Source of the DNA: a virus
Lineage: Duplodnaviria; Heunggongvirae; Uroviricota; Caudoviricetes
Strand: one strand, 5' to 3'
Length of the DNA stretch: 15,946 nt
Virus record (IMG/VR): IMGVR_UViG_2645728048_000025
Shown one piece after another: positions 1-7,370 of the stretch. Below the pieces are notes generated by a model that worked only from the letters and a program-made list of their open reading frames with translations, ran no database searches and was not told the DNA's origin. Each line of letters starts with the position of its first letter. Within the stretch, counting starts at the first letter, position 1. The translations under genes were made by a program, and so were the position numbers.

Positions 1-561
1 CAGAGCGTCATACAGCGGCTTAACAGTGCGTGACCAGGTGGGTTGAGTAAGGTTTGGGATTAGCATCGTTACAGCGCGATATGCGGCGCTTGCTGGCATC
101 CTTGAATAGCCGACGCCTTTGCATCTTCCGCACTCTTTCTCAACAACTCTCCCCCACTGCTCCGTTTTGGCTATATCAACCGCACGGCCTGTACCGTGAC
201 AATCTCTGCATCTTGCTCCCGGCGTCGCAGCACTACGGCAATAATCCGCATAAGCGAATGTTGCGAGCACTTGCAGTACCTTTGCCTTAGTATTTCCTTC
301 GAGCTTTGCCACACCACGGTATTTCCCCGATACCTTGTGTGCAAATTGCATCAGATAGTTGATAGCCTTTTGTTTGTCGTTCTGGCTGAGTTCATGCTTA
401 CCGCAGAATGCAGCCATTCCGAATCCGGCTTGTGATTGCGCCATCCCCATAGCAGCCATCACATCAGTACCGGAAAGAGAGTCAGAAGCCGTAGCCCGTG
501 GTGAGTCGCTCATCATCGGGCTTTTTGGCGAATGAAATTTAGCTACGCTTTCGAGTCTCAT
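1..561 (-). CDS. Q: Late-gene antiterminator Q (lambda-type), partial; C-terminus lies beyond the window start
   Basis: Minus-strand translation from ATG at 561 reads MRLESVAKFHSPKSPMMSDSPRATASDSLSGTDVMAAMGMAQSQAGFGMAAFCGKHELSQNDKQKAINYLMQFAHKV..., which matches lambda Q as I recall it. Not in the ORF track because it runs off the window edge. Start overlaps the upstream small ORF stop (ATGA). Confidence 0.85.
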   Translation of the reverse strand, partial: MRLESVAKFHSPKSPMMSDSPRATASDSLSGTDVMAAMGMAQSQAGFGMAAFCGKHELSQNDKQKAINYLMQFAHKVSGKYRGVAKLEGNTKAKVLQVLATFAYADYCRSAATPGARCRDCHGTGRAVDIAKTEQWGRVVEKECGRCKGVGYSRMPASAAYRAVTMLIPNLTQPTWSRTVKPLYDAL

Positions 562-674
562 GGCCTTCCCCTTTTGCCCTGTTTGACCATCAGGACGCCG
601 TTAACTATTACGTGACGCTCGCCTTTGCTGTCTCGGTTGTACTTGAGCACTGTTCCTCTTGCGCAGGAAAGCAT
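558..674 (-). CDS. Small ORF (38 aa) between rusA and Q, MLSCARGTVLKYNRDSKGERHVIVNGVLMVKQGKRGRP; function unknown
   Basis: Hand translation of the minus strand; stop overlaps the Q start codon (ATGA). Weak RBS. Occupies the slot where lambdoid phages carry a small gene between rusA and Q. Confidence 0.35.
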   Translation of the reverse strand: MLSCARGTVLKYNRDSKGERHVIVNGVLMVKQGKRGRP

Positions 675-742
675 CCTTGCCACTTCGGTCTGATTGCCTC
701 GTGTCTAGATAAGAAGCTCTGGTATCGTTTGAATTGTGGCGT

Positions 743-1105
743 TCATACGTTCTCCAGTTCGGTGATTTTTATTCCAAGCCTTCCGCCTGGTACTTTCACG
801 CCACGAATTACGCGAATGTCATCGAATTGCTCGTCGTCTTCCGCAAATCCGGCGTGGATAAGGGAGTCGAGTAAACCTTTCAGGATGTTATCGAGGTCGC
901 GGCGGCGGGAGTCTGGAACGTCTGCGATGACTTTGATACGGAGTCGTGATTTGGTGAAAATGTCTAACTTGAGTTGGCGGATGATTTGCTGAACGTCTTT
1001 TCGGTATTTCTGGCCTTTATCGCTGATGTAGTATTGGCTTCCCCGTCTTCGCCAGTAGGTGTTCACCGACGGCGGGTAAGGAAGCACAAACTGATATTCT
1101 TTCAT
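743..1105 (-). CDS. rusA: RusA Holliday-junction resolvase
   Basis: 120-aa ORF MKEYQFVLPYPPSVNTYWRRRG... is a typical RusA family N-terminus; stop overlaps the next downstream start (ATGA); position upstream of Q as in lambdoid prophages. Confidence 0.88.
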   Translation of the reverse strand: MKEYQFVLPYPPSVNTYWRRRGSQYYISDKGQKYRKDVQQIIRQLKLDIFTKSRLRIKVIADVPDSRRRDLDNILKGLLDSLIHAGFAEDDEQFDDIRVIRGVKVPGGRLGIKITELENV

Positions 1106-1392
1106 GGCTTAATCTTCCCCTCCTTCAGCAGGATCGCCTGCGTCCTGATCACGCCTTCGAGGTGATAAAGTCTGGCGTCTTTGTTGTCGAGATTATGGGT
1201 GCGTCGGTCGATTTCATCGTGACACGCGCTACAAGCCCATGCGCCGATCAGGTCGTCAGGCTTCATTCCAGTTCCGCAAATTCCAGCCATCCGGTAATGT
1301 GCCAGAACTGTAGTTTCAGGATTGCCATTGCATACGCCGTAAATACGTACCTGGCATTCTCTGCCGCGCGCTTCTTTGCGTAGGTTAGCCAT
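1102..1392 (-). CDS. ybcO: YbcO-like small Cys-rich protein (DUF1364-type, putative nuclease)
   Basis: 96-aa ORF with several Cys/His (CQVRIYGVCNG ... CSACHDEIDRR); lies directly upstream of rusA with ATGA overlap, as ybcO does in DLP12-type prophages (recalled). Confidence 0.6.
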   Translation of the reverse strand: MANLRKEARGRECQVRIYGVCNGNPETTVLAHYRMAGICGTGMKPDDLIGAWACSACHDEIDRRTHNLDNKDARLYHLEGVIRTQAILLKEGKIKP

Positions 1393-2114
1393 TAAGCAGC
1401 CTCCCCTGTTACTTTCAGCATTCTGTTATCGAGCAGCTTTCTGGTCAGCCACTGTTGACCACGCCCGGTGATTTTTGTGGTGAACGATATCTGTATTCCG
1501 TGATTTGTGTTGACCGCTGTTTCTTTCACTGTGAAATAGCCGCGCTCCATATATTCCTGCATTGGCACATTGCGCCGGGAACCTGAAGCAATAAGGATTT
1601 TGTGATCGCGCATCCACGCAAACAGTTTGTTTGGACCAATTCCAACAACCTTTGCAAAGTTTCCAATCAAAATTCCGCTGGCCTCGCCAACGCGATCGGC
1701 AAACTCAACTTTAGGTGCGACAATTGCGAGCTGGTTTTCCAGTTGCATTTTCTGCTCAGCAAGATCGGCAGCAAGGCGCAACGCTTCCGGTAGCGTTTTG
1801 GGGATATTAACCGCAGCTTCTTCAAGATCTCGCCAGCGGTCAACAAGGCGAGCGGTGAACTCTGGCGACAACTGGGCAACAACGACAATACTGTCTCGCT
1901 TACCTTGTTCGCCCTCGAAGACGTAATGCTCGTACTGAACATTGAACCCTAAGTTATTGATTCTTTCGGAAACCTCAATTTGAGGAAGCCGGATAACACC
2001 ATTTTTAGCCAGCGTTTCTATGGTACGTTTCACATTGTCATGGCGCTTACCCACCAACTCAGCGATTTCAATGCTTGTCATTTTGATGGCATTGCCATTT
2101 ATTAACTCATTCAT
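1392..2114 (-). CDS. Phage regulatory protein, Rha-family N-terminal domain with KilAC-type antirepressor C-terminal domain
   Basis: 240-aa ORF; N-terminus MTSIEIAELVGKRHDNVKRTIETL resembles Rha-family regulators; C-terminal half (GNFAKVVGIGPNKLFAWMRDHKILIA...) resembles KilAC antirepressor domains. Start overlaps the NinF-like stop. Confidence 0.75.
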   Translation of the reverse strand: MNELINGNAIKMTSIEIAELVGKRHDNVKRTIETLAKNGVIRLPQIEVSERINNLGFNVQYEHYVFEGEQGKRDSIVVVAQLSPEFTARLVDRWRDLEEAAVNIPKTLPEALRLAADLAEQKMQLENQLAIVAPKVEFADRVGEASGILIGNFAKVVGIGPNKLFAWMRDHKILIASGSRRNVPMQEYMERGYFTVKETAVNTNHGIQISFTTKITGRGQQWLTRKLLDNRMLKVTGEAA

Positions 2115-2277
2115 CGTCTTCTTCCTCGTACATTGAGCTATTCGGATCGCTCATCAGTTCTGCGCAGCAATCGGAGCACACGTGAACTTCCAGCACATGC
2201 AGCTTCTGACCGCAGTTAGCGCACGTTAAAGCTCGCTCGACACTTCCTTGTTCGTAACTTCGATTTTGGTCAATCAC
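2107..2277 (-). CDS. ninF: NinF-like small zinc-ribbon protein (56 aa, GTG start)
   Basis: Hand translation: [56 protein letters not shown], matching my recollection of lambda NinF ([24 protein letters not shown]...). Below the 60-aa cut-off of the ORF track. GTG start overlaps the NinE stop (GTGA); stop overlaps the antirepressor start. Confidence 0.5.
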   Translation of the reverse strand: MIDQNRSYEQGSVERALTCANCGQKLHVLEVHVCSDCCAELMSDPNSSMYEEEDDE

Positions 2278-2456
2278 CTTGTTTTCCTCGCACGTTCTCT
2301 AAGCCACCGGATATCCCACAGGTGAGCCGTGTAGTTGAAGGTTTTTACGTCAGATTCTTTTGGGATTGGCTTGCGTTTATTTCTGGAGCGTTTCGTTGGA
2401 AGGTATTTGCAGTTTTCGCAGATTATGTCGGTGATACTTCGTTGCTGTCGCCTCAT
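2274..2456 (-). CDS. ninE: NinE family protein (60 aa)
   Basis: Internal ATG of the 90-aa track ORF, preceded by AGGAGG; product [64 protein letters not shown] overlap with the methyltransferase stop. Confidence 0.6.
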   Translation of the reverse strand: MRRQQRSITDIICENCKYLPTKRSRNKRKPIPKESDVKTFNYTAHLWDIRWLRERARKTR

Positions 2457-2980
2457 TCCGCCCTCCTGACGCCCTGCCCGATCGCCATCAATGCCGCTTT
2501 GGATACGGTAGTAAACATCCGTCGAGGACTGATGAACGGTCGCCAAATCAGCAGCATGGAGCCTTTGCTGTTTCCCTTCTTCTCCAGCCCTGTCGATGGT
2601 TCGATAAAATTAATCCGTCCATCAGTGATAATGCGAACTTCGTCGACACTCTCCAGAGCCTTGCTGAACCATCCGACTGACATATCCTCTGGCACAAGCA
2701 TCACTACCGTCTGTCGCTGTCGTATGCACTGCTCAGCGGCTTTTTCCACCCACGGCCTGATATTGCTGTACGGTGGGTTATTCCAGATTGCACCGTGGCT
2801 TACCCACTCAGAATTGAGCGCGTCGTCGGCCTCAGTTAGCCAGTGAGCACACAGAGCATTTTTGTCGCTCGCTGCCGAATCCAGCCAGAATCCAAACTCA
2901 ATATCCAGTGCATCAAAAAGCCAAAGCGGCGTTTGCCAGCAGTCCTTGTCGTGTGATGGCGTATTTGATTTGATAGTCAT
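2453..2980 (-). CDS. Phage-type DNA N6-adenine methyltransferase (orphan, no cognate endonuclease seen)
   Basis: NPPY motif ([10 protein letters not shown]), characteristic of N6-adenine methyltransferases. Start chosen at MTIKSNT (ATG 2980, AGGGAGAG RBS) because it overlaps the NinB stop; the track start at 3007 would overlap NinB by 31 nt. Confidence 0.78.
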   Translation of the reverse strand: MTIKSNTPSHDKDCWQTPLWLFDALDIEFGFWLDSAASDKNALCAHWLTEADDALNSEWVSHGAIWNNPPYSNIRPWVEKAAEQCIRQRQTVVMLVPEDMSVGWFSKALESVDEVRIITDGRINFIEPSTGLEKKGNSKGSMLLIWRPFISPRRMFTTVSKAALMAIGQGVRRAE

Positions 2981-3423
2981 GCAGCTCTCCCTTTTCGTTG
3001 TGACCATTCATACTCTCGCCAGGAGTCATCACTCCACCGCACGTTGCGCTCTGAGCCGAACCAGAACATGATTTCGATAAGCTCAGTCATGCTGGCCTTC
3101 CGCATTTTGCTGGTACGCACGCCAAGCATGACAACGCCACCGTCGATACCAGGCACACTTCGTTGCTCCAGTTTTTTGGTCTTAAGCCACAGGGCAGTGA
3201 ACAGGTCTTTCCAGTCTTCCGGCGCCAGCCGTTGACCATGCCATAGCACCTGACGCGAAACATCGTTCAGCATCGGCCACATACGGTCATTCTGCGCTTT
3301 GCTGCGCTTGGGTTCTTTAACGTGGACTTCGTGGGGTGACTTGTCGTCGATGGGTAGTGAGAGAATGGCGTCTATGGCGTTATTTCTGATTGCTTCGTTG
3401 CGAAGCAGAAAGGTTTGCTTCAT
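2977..3423 (-). CDS. ninB: NinB (Orf-family recombination mediator)
   Basis: From the internal start MKQTFLLRNEAIRNNAIDAILSLP ... [19 protein letters not shown]; collinear with lambda NinB as recalled. The track ORF begins 34 codons upstream at a non-ATG start. Confidence 0.8.
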   Translation of the reverse strand: MKQTFLLRNEAIRNNAIDAILSLPIDDKSPHEVHVKEPKRSKAQNDRMWPMLNDVSRQVLWHGQRLAPEDWKDLFTALWLKTKKLEQRSVPGIDGGVVMLGVRTSKMRKASMTELIEIMFWFGSERNVRWSDDSWREYEWSQRKGRAA

Positions 3424-3616
3424 CTCCTGCTCTCCGGTTCCATTTTTCAGCCGCCGCAGCAACTGATGGTGCCCATGCCCCCCTGGCTTCACAGAGGTCA
3501 CATTCTGCATAGCCCCACACATCAATATTTATTCCGGCCTCAACCCACAGACGAGCATTACCGCCGCAAAACGGACATTCTTTTAGCTTTGGCTGGGTTA
3601 ATGATAGGTCGCTCAT
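3380..3616 (-). CDS. Lar-family restriction-alleviation protein (78 aa)
   Basis: MSDLSLTQPKLKECPFCGGNARLWVEAG...AAAEKWNRRA; the CPFCGG ... AWNRR pattern is typical of Lar-family proteins. ATG at 3616 preceded by AAGGAG. The 3' end overlaps the ninB start by about 44 nt. Confidence 0.6.
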   Translation of the reverse strand: MSDLSLTQPKLKECPFCGGNARLWVEAGINIDVWGYAECDLCEARGAWAPSVAAAAEKWNRRAGDEANLSASQRSNQK

Positions 3617-3626
3617 GCTCACTCCT

Positions 3627-3842
3627 TCACTTAAAATCCAGACTCCGGATAATTCTGTTGCGCTGAAACTCATTGTTGAGTTTGAACAACCGTCGAAGAA
3701 CACGGTCACGCGGATAGCGTCGTGCGGCAGGTGAATGCTCATACAACTCATCAAGCGGCAAACTGGACGATGAACGATACCGATACCAACGCACCAACTC
3801 TTCACGAAAATTAGCCCTGACAAGCTCAGCTATCGTACTCAT
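3627..3842 (-). CDS. Hypothetical protein (71 aa), basic and Arg-rich
   Basis: ORF MSTIAELVRANFREELVRWYRYR... with GAGGAGG about 9 nt upstream of the ATG. No recognisable family. Confidence 0.5.
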   Translation of the reverse strand: MSTIAELVRANFREELVRWYRYRSSSSLPLDELYEHSPAARRYPRDRVLRRLFKLNNEFQRNRIIRSLDFK

Positions 3843-3974
3843 TTCTTAAAACCTCCTCAAACGCATTCTGACGCATTTTTCATTCTCGCTGCTTATCGGC
3901 ATGCCTTGCACGTGCTTACCTCACCACAGAGCGATTGTGATGCCTTAAAAGCGATTTATTGAAGTGATATTTGC

Positions 3975-4254
3975 TTAATCGAAATTCTTTTCTTTGATTC
4001 CTGCGGCCCTGATGGCTTTCATTACTGCAATTACCGTTTTGTCACGCCCATCCTCATAACCCATCGCATAAGCACCTTCTTCACCATCTTTCCAAAGGTC
4101 GTCATTCGATTCGGGCCAGTCGATATCCAGTTCAATAGCAGAGCGCGATGCCTGCCATATCACCCAGGCAAACTCTTTTAATTCATCGTCTCCCGTGAAC
4201 TGGCTTTTGTCTTTTGACCACCAGTTTTCAAACTGTCGGTAGCTATCGTTCACT
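3975..4254 (-). CDS. Hypothetical acidic, Trp-rich protein (about 92 aa, GTG start)
   Basis: Track ORF 3975..4268 starts at TTG inside the terminator T-tract; the GTG at 4254 preceded by GGGGGAGAGGGAA is a better start. No recognisable family; first gene after the tR2-like terminator. Confidence 0.45.
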
Positions 4255-4265
4255 TCCCTCTCCCC

Positions 4266-4298
4266 CAAATAAAAAGGCCTGCGATTACCAGCAGGCCT
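4266..4298 (-). terminator. Rho-independent terminator after the helicase gene (tR2 analogue)
   Basis: Perfect 8-bp stem AGGCCTGC / GCAGGCCT with an 8-nt loop, followed on the minus strand by TTTTTATTT; sits 29 nt downstream of the helicase stop. Confidence 0.65.
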
Positions 4299-4326
4299 GT
4301 TATTAGCTCAGTGATGTAGATGGTCA

Positions 4327-5763
4327 TCAGAATCCTCCTTTCTTCTTGGACTGCGGTTCCTCGCGTTCACGGCGGCGCATTTCAGCAGACTGTTGGTCTG
4401 TGTCATAAATAGCGCCATTTGCCTGTATGCAATACACCGTGCCGGTATTGCCATGACGATTGAGGCGAAGGATTAGTTCGGTTTCACCAGGAGGAACGCT
4501 GTCATCAAAAGCACCTTCACGATGGATCCCCACCCAATAATCGCAATCCTGTTCAATCTGCCCTGTATCTCGTGAGTCACTTGGTAATGGGCGTTTATTG
4601 GTTCGGCTTTCCAGTGCGCGGTTAAGCTGTGTCAGAAGCACAACAACGCAATCAAGCTCTTTGGCAAGGTTCTTCAGTCCTTTGGTGATCATGCCGTAAG
4701 CAAGGTCGTTGCGATCGGCCTTCTCAGCAGTCATTAGTGTCAGGTAATCGACCAGAATCATGCCAACACATCCTTTTTCTCGCTTGATTCGACGGCTTTC
4801 GCTGACGATTTGAGCCAGAGATAATCCCGGCGTGTCGTCGATGTAAAGCAGGTCGATTTCACTCAAGCGATTGGCTGTTTCGATCGCCCTGTTGAAGTCA
4901 CCATCGTAATCACCCTGATAGCCGTCATCAGCGTCATTTGTCGCCGGAAGGTAAAAAATATTCGGGTTAACACCTGACTTCTGTCCCACCAGTTTTTCCA
5001 GTATCTGGTCACCTGGCATTTCAAGGCTGAACATCAGAGCGGGCTTTTTCTCATGCACTGCACAGTTGATTGCCATCTGGCTGTATAGCGTCGTTTTCCC
5101 CATCTTAGGGCGAGCGCCAATGACAAACAAAGAGCCTTTCACCAGACCTTTCGGTGACAGCATCCTGTCCAGCGATGGGATCCCTGTGCTCATTCCCCGT
5201 TGTTCGCCTGATGGGTCAAATCGCTTCTCAAGGTCGCTAACCCAGTCTTCCATGACCTCACCAAATGAGCGAAGGCCGCGACGCGATCCGGTTTTTGCAT
5301 GGTCTGTCAGTTGCGTGAAAATCGCCTGAATAGCTTCGTACTTCTGCGTTGCAGTCATTCCATTGCGGGAATAGAGCAATTCCGTCGCTTCAGTCATGCG
5401 GTTGATGGCGTAGCGTTCCATTGCGGTTTCACGAACCTGCATTGCATAGGCAACGATGTTTGCTGCGCTTGGCGTGTTCTTTGCGATCTCAGCGATATAA
5501 GCAAAACCGCCAACAGACGCCGTTAACGATTTACGCTCCAGTTCATCGAAAAGCGTCAGGCCATCTACTGGCTTTTGCTCCCGGTGCATTCTGGTTATTT
5601 CTTCGAAAAGGATTTTGTGTGGTCGGCCGTAAAATGAATCAGGCTTCAGCATCGCCAGAACTTTCTGGACGCGCTCACTGCTGTCATCATCCAGAAGCAA
5701 TCCACCAATCACCGCCTGCTCTGCCTCGATGCTATGGGGCGGCGCATAAAAATTATCGGTCAT
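4327..5763 (-). CDS. Replicative DNA helicase, DnaB family (P22 gene 12-like)
   Basis: Walker A GARPKMGKTT and DnaB-like layout over about 478 aa. ATG at 5763 (MTDNFYAPPH) preceded by GAGGGTGAA is preferred over the track's GTG start at 5778; it overlaps the O-like stop by 11 nt. Confidence 0.88.
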   Translation of the reverse strand: MTDNFYAPPHSIEAEQAVIGGLLLDDDSSERVQKVLAMLKPDSFYGRPHKILFEEITRMHREQKPVDGLTLFDELERKSLTASVGGFAYIAEIAKNTPSAANIVAYAMQVRETAMERYAINRMTEATELLYSRNGMTATQKYEAIQAIFTQLTDHAKTGSRRGLRSFGEVMEDWVSDLEKRFDPSGEQRGMSTGIPSLDRMLSPKGLVKGSLFVIGARPKMGKTTLYSQMAINCAVHEKKPALMFSLEMPGDQILEKLVGQKSGVNPNIFYLPATNDADDGYQGDYDGDFNRAIETANRLSEIDLLYIDDTPGLSLAQIVSESRRIKREKGCVGMILVDYLTLMTAEKADRNDLAYGMITKGLKNLAKELDCVVVLLTQLNRALESRTNKRPLPSDSRDTGQIEQDCDYWVGIHREGAFDDSVPPGETELILRLNRHGNTGTVYCIQANGAIYDTDQQSAEMRRREREEPQSKKKGGF

Positions 5764-6514
5764 CGTGTTCACCCTCACGAACTTTCAGGTAGGTATTATC
5801 GTTAAGCAGGAAATCAAATCCCTTTTTGTGCCAGACGGTTCCGCGATGATGGTTTGGGCGCTCTTCGAACATCCATCGGCAATTTTCGCCTACGTAGCTC
5901 AAATAATTTCTCCAGTCCTGCATCGTGAACCCATGCCCGTCAAGCTGGCGGGTTATCACTCCGGCTTTGCGCCAGAACGTTCGGATCTGGTTTTTACGCT
6001 TGTCATTCAGTGCGCGGATTCTTGGCGCTTCAGGAAGGATTTCGTGGTAAGCATCGACAACATCCTGACAGCTAACGGAAGGTTTTTTCTTGTCAGACTT
6101 TTTGTCTGCTGTGGCACTCTCTAATACGTCAGTATTAGAGATATTATTTATATTATTGTTTATGGACAACCGTTGGACAACCGTTGGACAATTTTTTGCC
6201 TGAAAATCGTCATATTTAACGATTGTAAACAGGCTAAATTTCTTCCCCATCGAGCAAATATTAAGCATCCCTTTCGACTCAAAAGTCCGTAATAAGCTCC
6301 GAACTTTGTTGTCGGGGATGAATGTTTCTCTGACCAGCGACGGGCGTCCAGTTATCATCTGACCGCGATCAACAGTTATCGGACCGATATCCGTATTGAC
6401 GACAGTAGATTCGTGATTAGCCTTGAGGATTAAGTGAAGCCAAAGATGTACTGCCTGAGAGTCCTTATAGAGCCTGCTGTCCATAAACTGGCGGTGTATA
6501 GAGACATACCCCAT
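5753..6514 (-). CDS. Replication initiator, lambda O-like / P22 gene 18-like
   Basis: Start chosen at MGYVSIHRQFMDSRLYKDSQAVHLWLHLILKA (ATG 6514 preceded by CAGGAGG), a typical replication-protein-O N-terminal domain. An Asn/Ile-rich linker (SINNNINNISN) is encoded by the AT-rich ori segment. It sits upstream of the helicase. Confidence 0.8.
   Translation of the reverse strand: MGYVSIHRQFMDSRLYKDSQAVHLWLHLILKANHESTVVNTDIGPITVDRGQMITGRPSLVRETFIPDNKVRSLLRTFESKGMLNICSMGKKFSLFTIVKYDDFQAKNCPTVVQRLSINNNINNISNTDVLESATADKKSDKKKPSVSCQDVVDAYHEILPEAPRIRALNDKRKNQIRTFWRKAGVITRQLDGHGFTMQDWRNYLSYVGENCRWMFEERPNHHRGTVWHKKGFDFLLNDNTYLKVREGEHDDR
6118..6195. repeat. Candidate origin of replication inside the O-like gene: palindrome, AT-rich tract, 11-bp iterons
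   Basis: 24-bp perfect palindrome TCTCTAATAC-gtca-GTATTAGAGA (6118-6141); AT-rich tract 6141-6162; tandem TGGACAACCGT at 6163-6173 and 6174-6184 plus a partial third copy TGGACAATTTT (6185-6195). Confidence 0.55.
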
Positions 6515-6563
6515 ACTGGATGCCTCCTGATGTTGTACAGGGTTATGCCTGTAATCAGCTAAC

Positions 6564-6725
6564 TTAACGACGCCCATGTTTCACTCCTGCTTTGGCTAGT
6601 CTGTAAACACCAACAAGGCGCTCTGCGAACGCCCTGTTATTTGCTGCGGCTACCACTAATCCCTCAGGTGAATCAGGGTGTCGAATCTCTTCTTTTTCCT
6701 GGTATTTCTTACGACGTTTTGTCAT
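6564..6725 (-). CDS. Small basic ORF (53 aa) between cII and the O-like gene; uncertain
   Basis: MTKRRKKYQEKEEIRHPDSPEGLVVAAANNRAFAERLVGVYRLAKAGVKHGRR with AGGAG 5 nt upstream of the ATG. Its start codon coincides with a CATAAT -10-like hexamer on the opposite strand, so the interval may be regulatory instead. Confidence 0.3.
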   Translation of the reverse strand: MTKRRKKYQEKEEIRHPDSPEGLVVAAANNRAFAERLVGVYRLAKAGVKHGRR

Positions 6726-6759
6726 AATTACTCCTGTGGATTGATCCAGTCTTTCTACA

Positions 6760-7038
6760 TCAGGCCTCGAAGAATTCGCCGTTCTTCGGGGCTTTTTCTT
6801 TTGTCAGCATTCTGGCTACTTTCTTAGCCAGTTCCGCCAACTCCTCGTCTTCAACACCCCATTCAAGAACAGCAAGAAGCATTCCCATTTTGGGGATGAA
6901 GCTGTCTTTCCATCGAGAAATTTGCGATTCATTAATCCCTAACGCGTCGGCAACCTTTCGCTGACCACGTACAGCAATTCGATTCAGGATGTTGCTTGTA
7001 ATTGCATTCGCTTTCTTGCGAGTACTTGTAAGTTCCAT
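6760..7038 (-). CDS. cII: CII transcriptional activator (lambda cII / P22 c1 homologue, 92 aa)
   Basis: From the internal ATG (MELTSTRKKANAITSNILNRIAVRGQRKVADALGINESQISRWKDSFIPKMGMLLAVLEWGV...); the ESQISRWK ... MLLAVLEWGV stretch matches lambda CII as I recall it. Confidence 0.85.
   Translation of the reverse strand: MELTSTRKKANAITSNILNRIAVRGQRKVADALGINESQISRWKDSFIPKMGMLLAVLEWGVEDEELAELAKKVARMLTKEKAPKNGEFFEA
6767..6802 (+). terminator. Plus-strand intrinsic terminator inside the 3' end of cII (antisense), OOP-RNA-like
   Basis: Stem CGAAGAA / TTCTTCG (6768-6774 / 6782-6788) with a 7-nt loop, then GGGC and TTTTTCTTTT. Antisense to the cII 3' end, the position of the OOP terminator in lambda. 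Confidence 0.45.
6992..7005 (+). promoter_or_regulatory. CII-binding motif TTGC-N6-TTGC, candidate PRE -35 region (transcription towards cI)
   Basis: TTGC (6992-6995), ttgtaa, TTGC (7002-7005) on the plus strand within the 5' part of the cII coding region, the arrangement of PRE in lambda. Confidence 0.45.
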
Positions 7039-7096
7039 ATGTAAGTATTTCCTTAACAAATAAGAAGTTATGCGCATCAACTTATGCGCGTTGTAT

Positions 7097-7139
7097 TCCC
7101 GCATTTCGGCGGGAATGAGGACCATGACTGTTAAAGAGC
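7097..7139 (-). promoter_or_regulatory. nutR: boxA GCTCTTTAACA plus boxB hairpin
   Basis: Minus-strand boxA (plus 7129-7139) and boxB TCCCGCCGAAATGCGGGA (plus 7097-7114), immediately downstream of cro; both elements identical to nutL. Confidence 0.7.
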
Positions 7140-7146
7140 GGTGTTG

Positions 7147-7341
7147 CTATTTGTTTTTCTTGTTGCTTGGGAAAGGACGAACTTCCTCTCCAATCACACT
7201 GCCATCAGGCTTTACCGTAACCATGATGTTACGGCCTGCCAGAATGGCCTTGCTGATAGCGCACTGGATTACACCAAAGTCACTGGCTGCTTTAGCCTGT
7301 CCATGGATTTTGGCGTAATCGGCAAGTGTCATTCGAATCAT
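7147..7341 (-). CDS. cro: Cro repressor (64 aa)
   Basis: [62 protein letters not shown], collinear with lambda Cro (C-terminal FPSNKK). ATG at 7341 preceded by GGAGAG. Confidence 0.85.
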   Translation of the reverse strand: MIRMTLADYAKIHGQAKAASDFGVIQCAISKAILAGRNIMVTVKPDGSVIGEEVRPFPSNKKNK

Positions 7342-7370
7342 ATGCACTCTCCGTTATTAACCATGAACAA

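Noticed and set aside
54-992. Plus-strand track ORFs 54..290, 196..435 and 612..992
   Set aside because: They lie antisense to the well-supported Q, small-ORF and rusA coding sequences on the minus strand, and none has a convincing RBS or a recognisable product.
2322-2846. Plus-strand 174-aa ORF
   Set aside because: Entirely antisense to the ninE and methyltransferase genes; low-complexity Ser/Ala-rich translation typical of a shadow ORF.
5066-6124. Plus-strand ORFs 5066..5329, 5299..5526, 5421..5792 and 5765..6124
   Set aside because: Antisense shadow ORFs within the helicase and O-like genes.
5753-6577. Track start positions for the O-like gene (6577), helicase (5778), ninB (3525), methyltransferase (3007), cII (7125) and cro (7347)
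   Set aside because: These are the longest-ORF starts, several at GTG or TTG. Internal ATG codons with clear Shine-Dalgarno sequences and stop/start overlaps give better starts, matching conserved N-termini.
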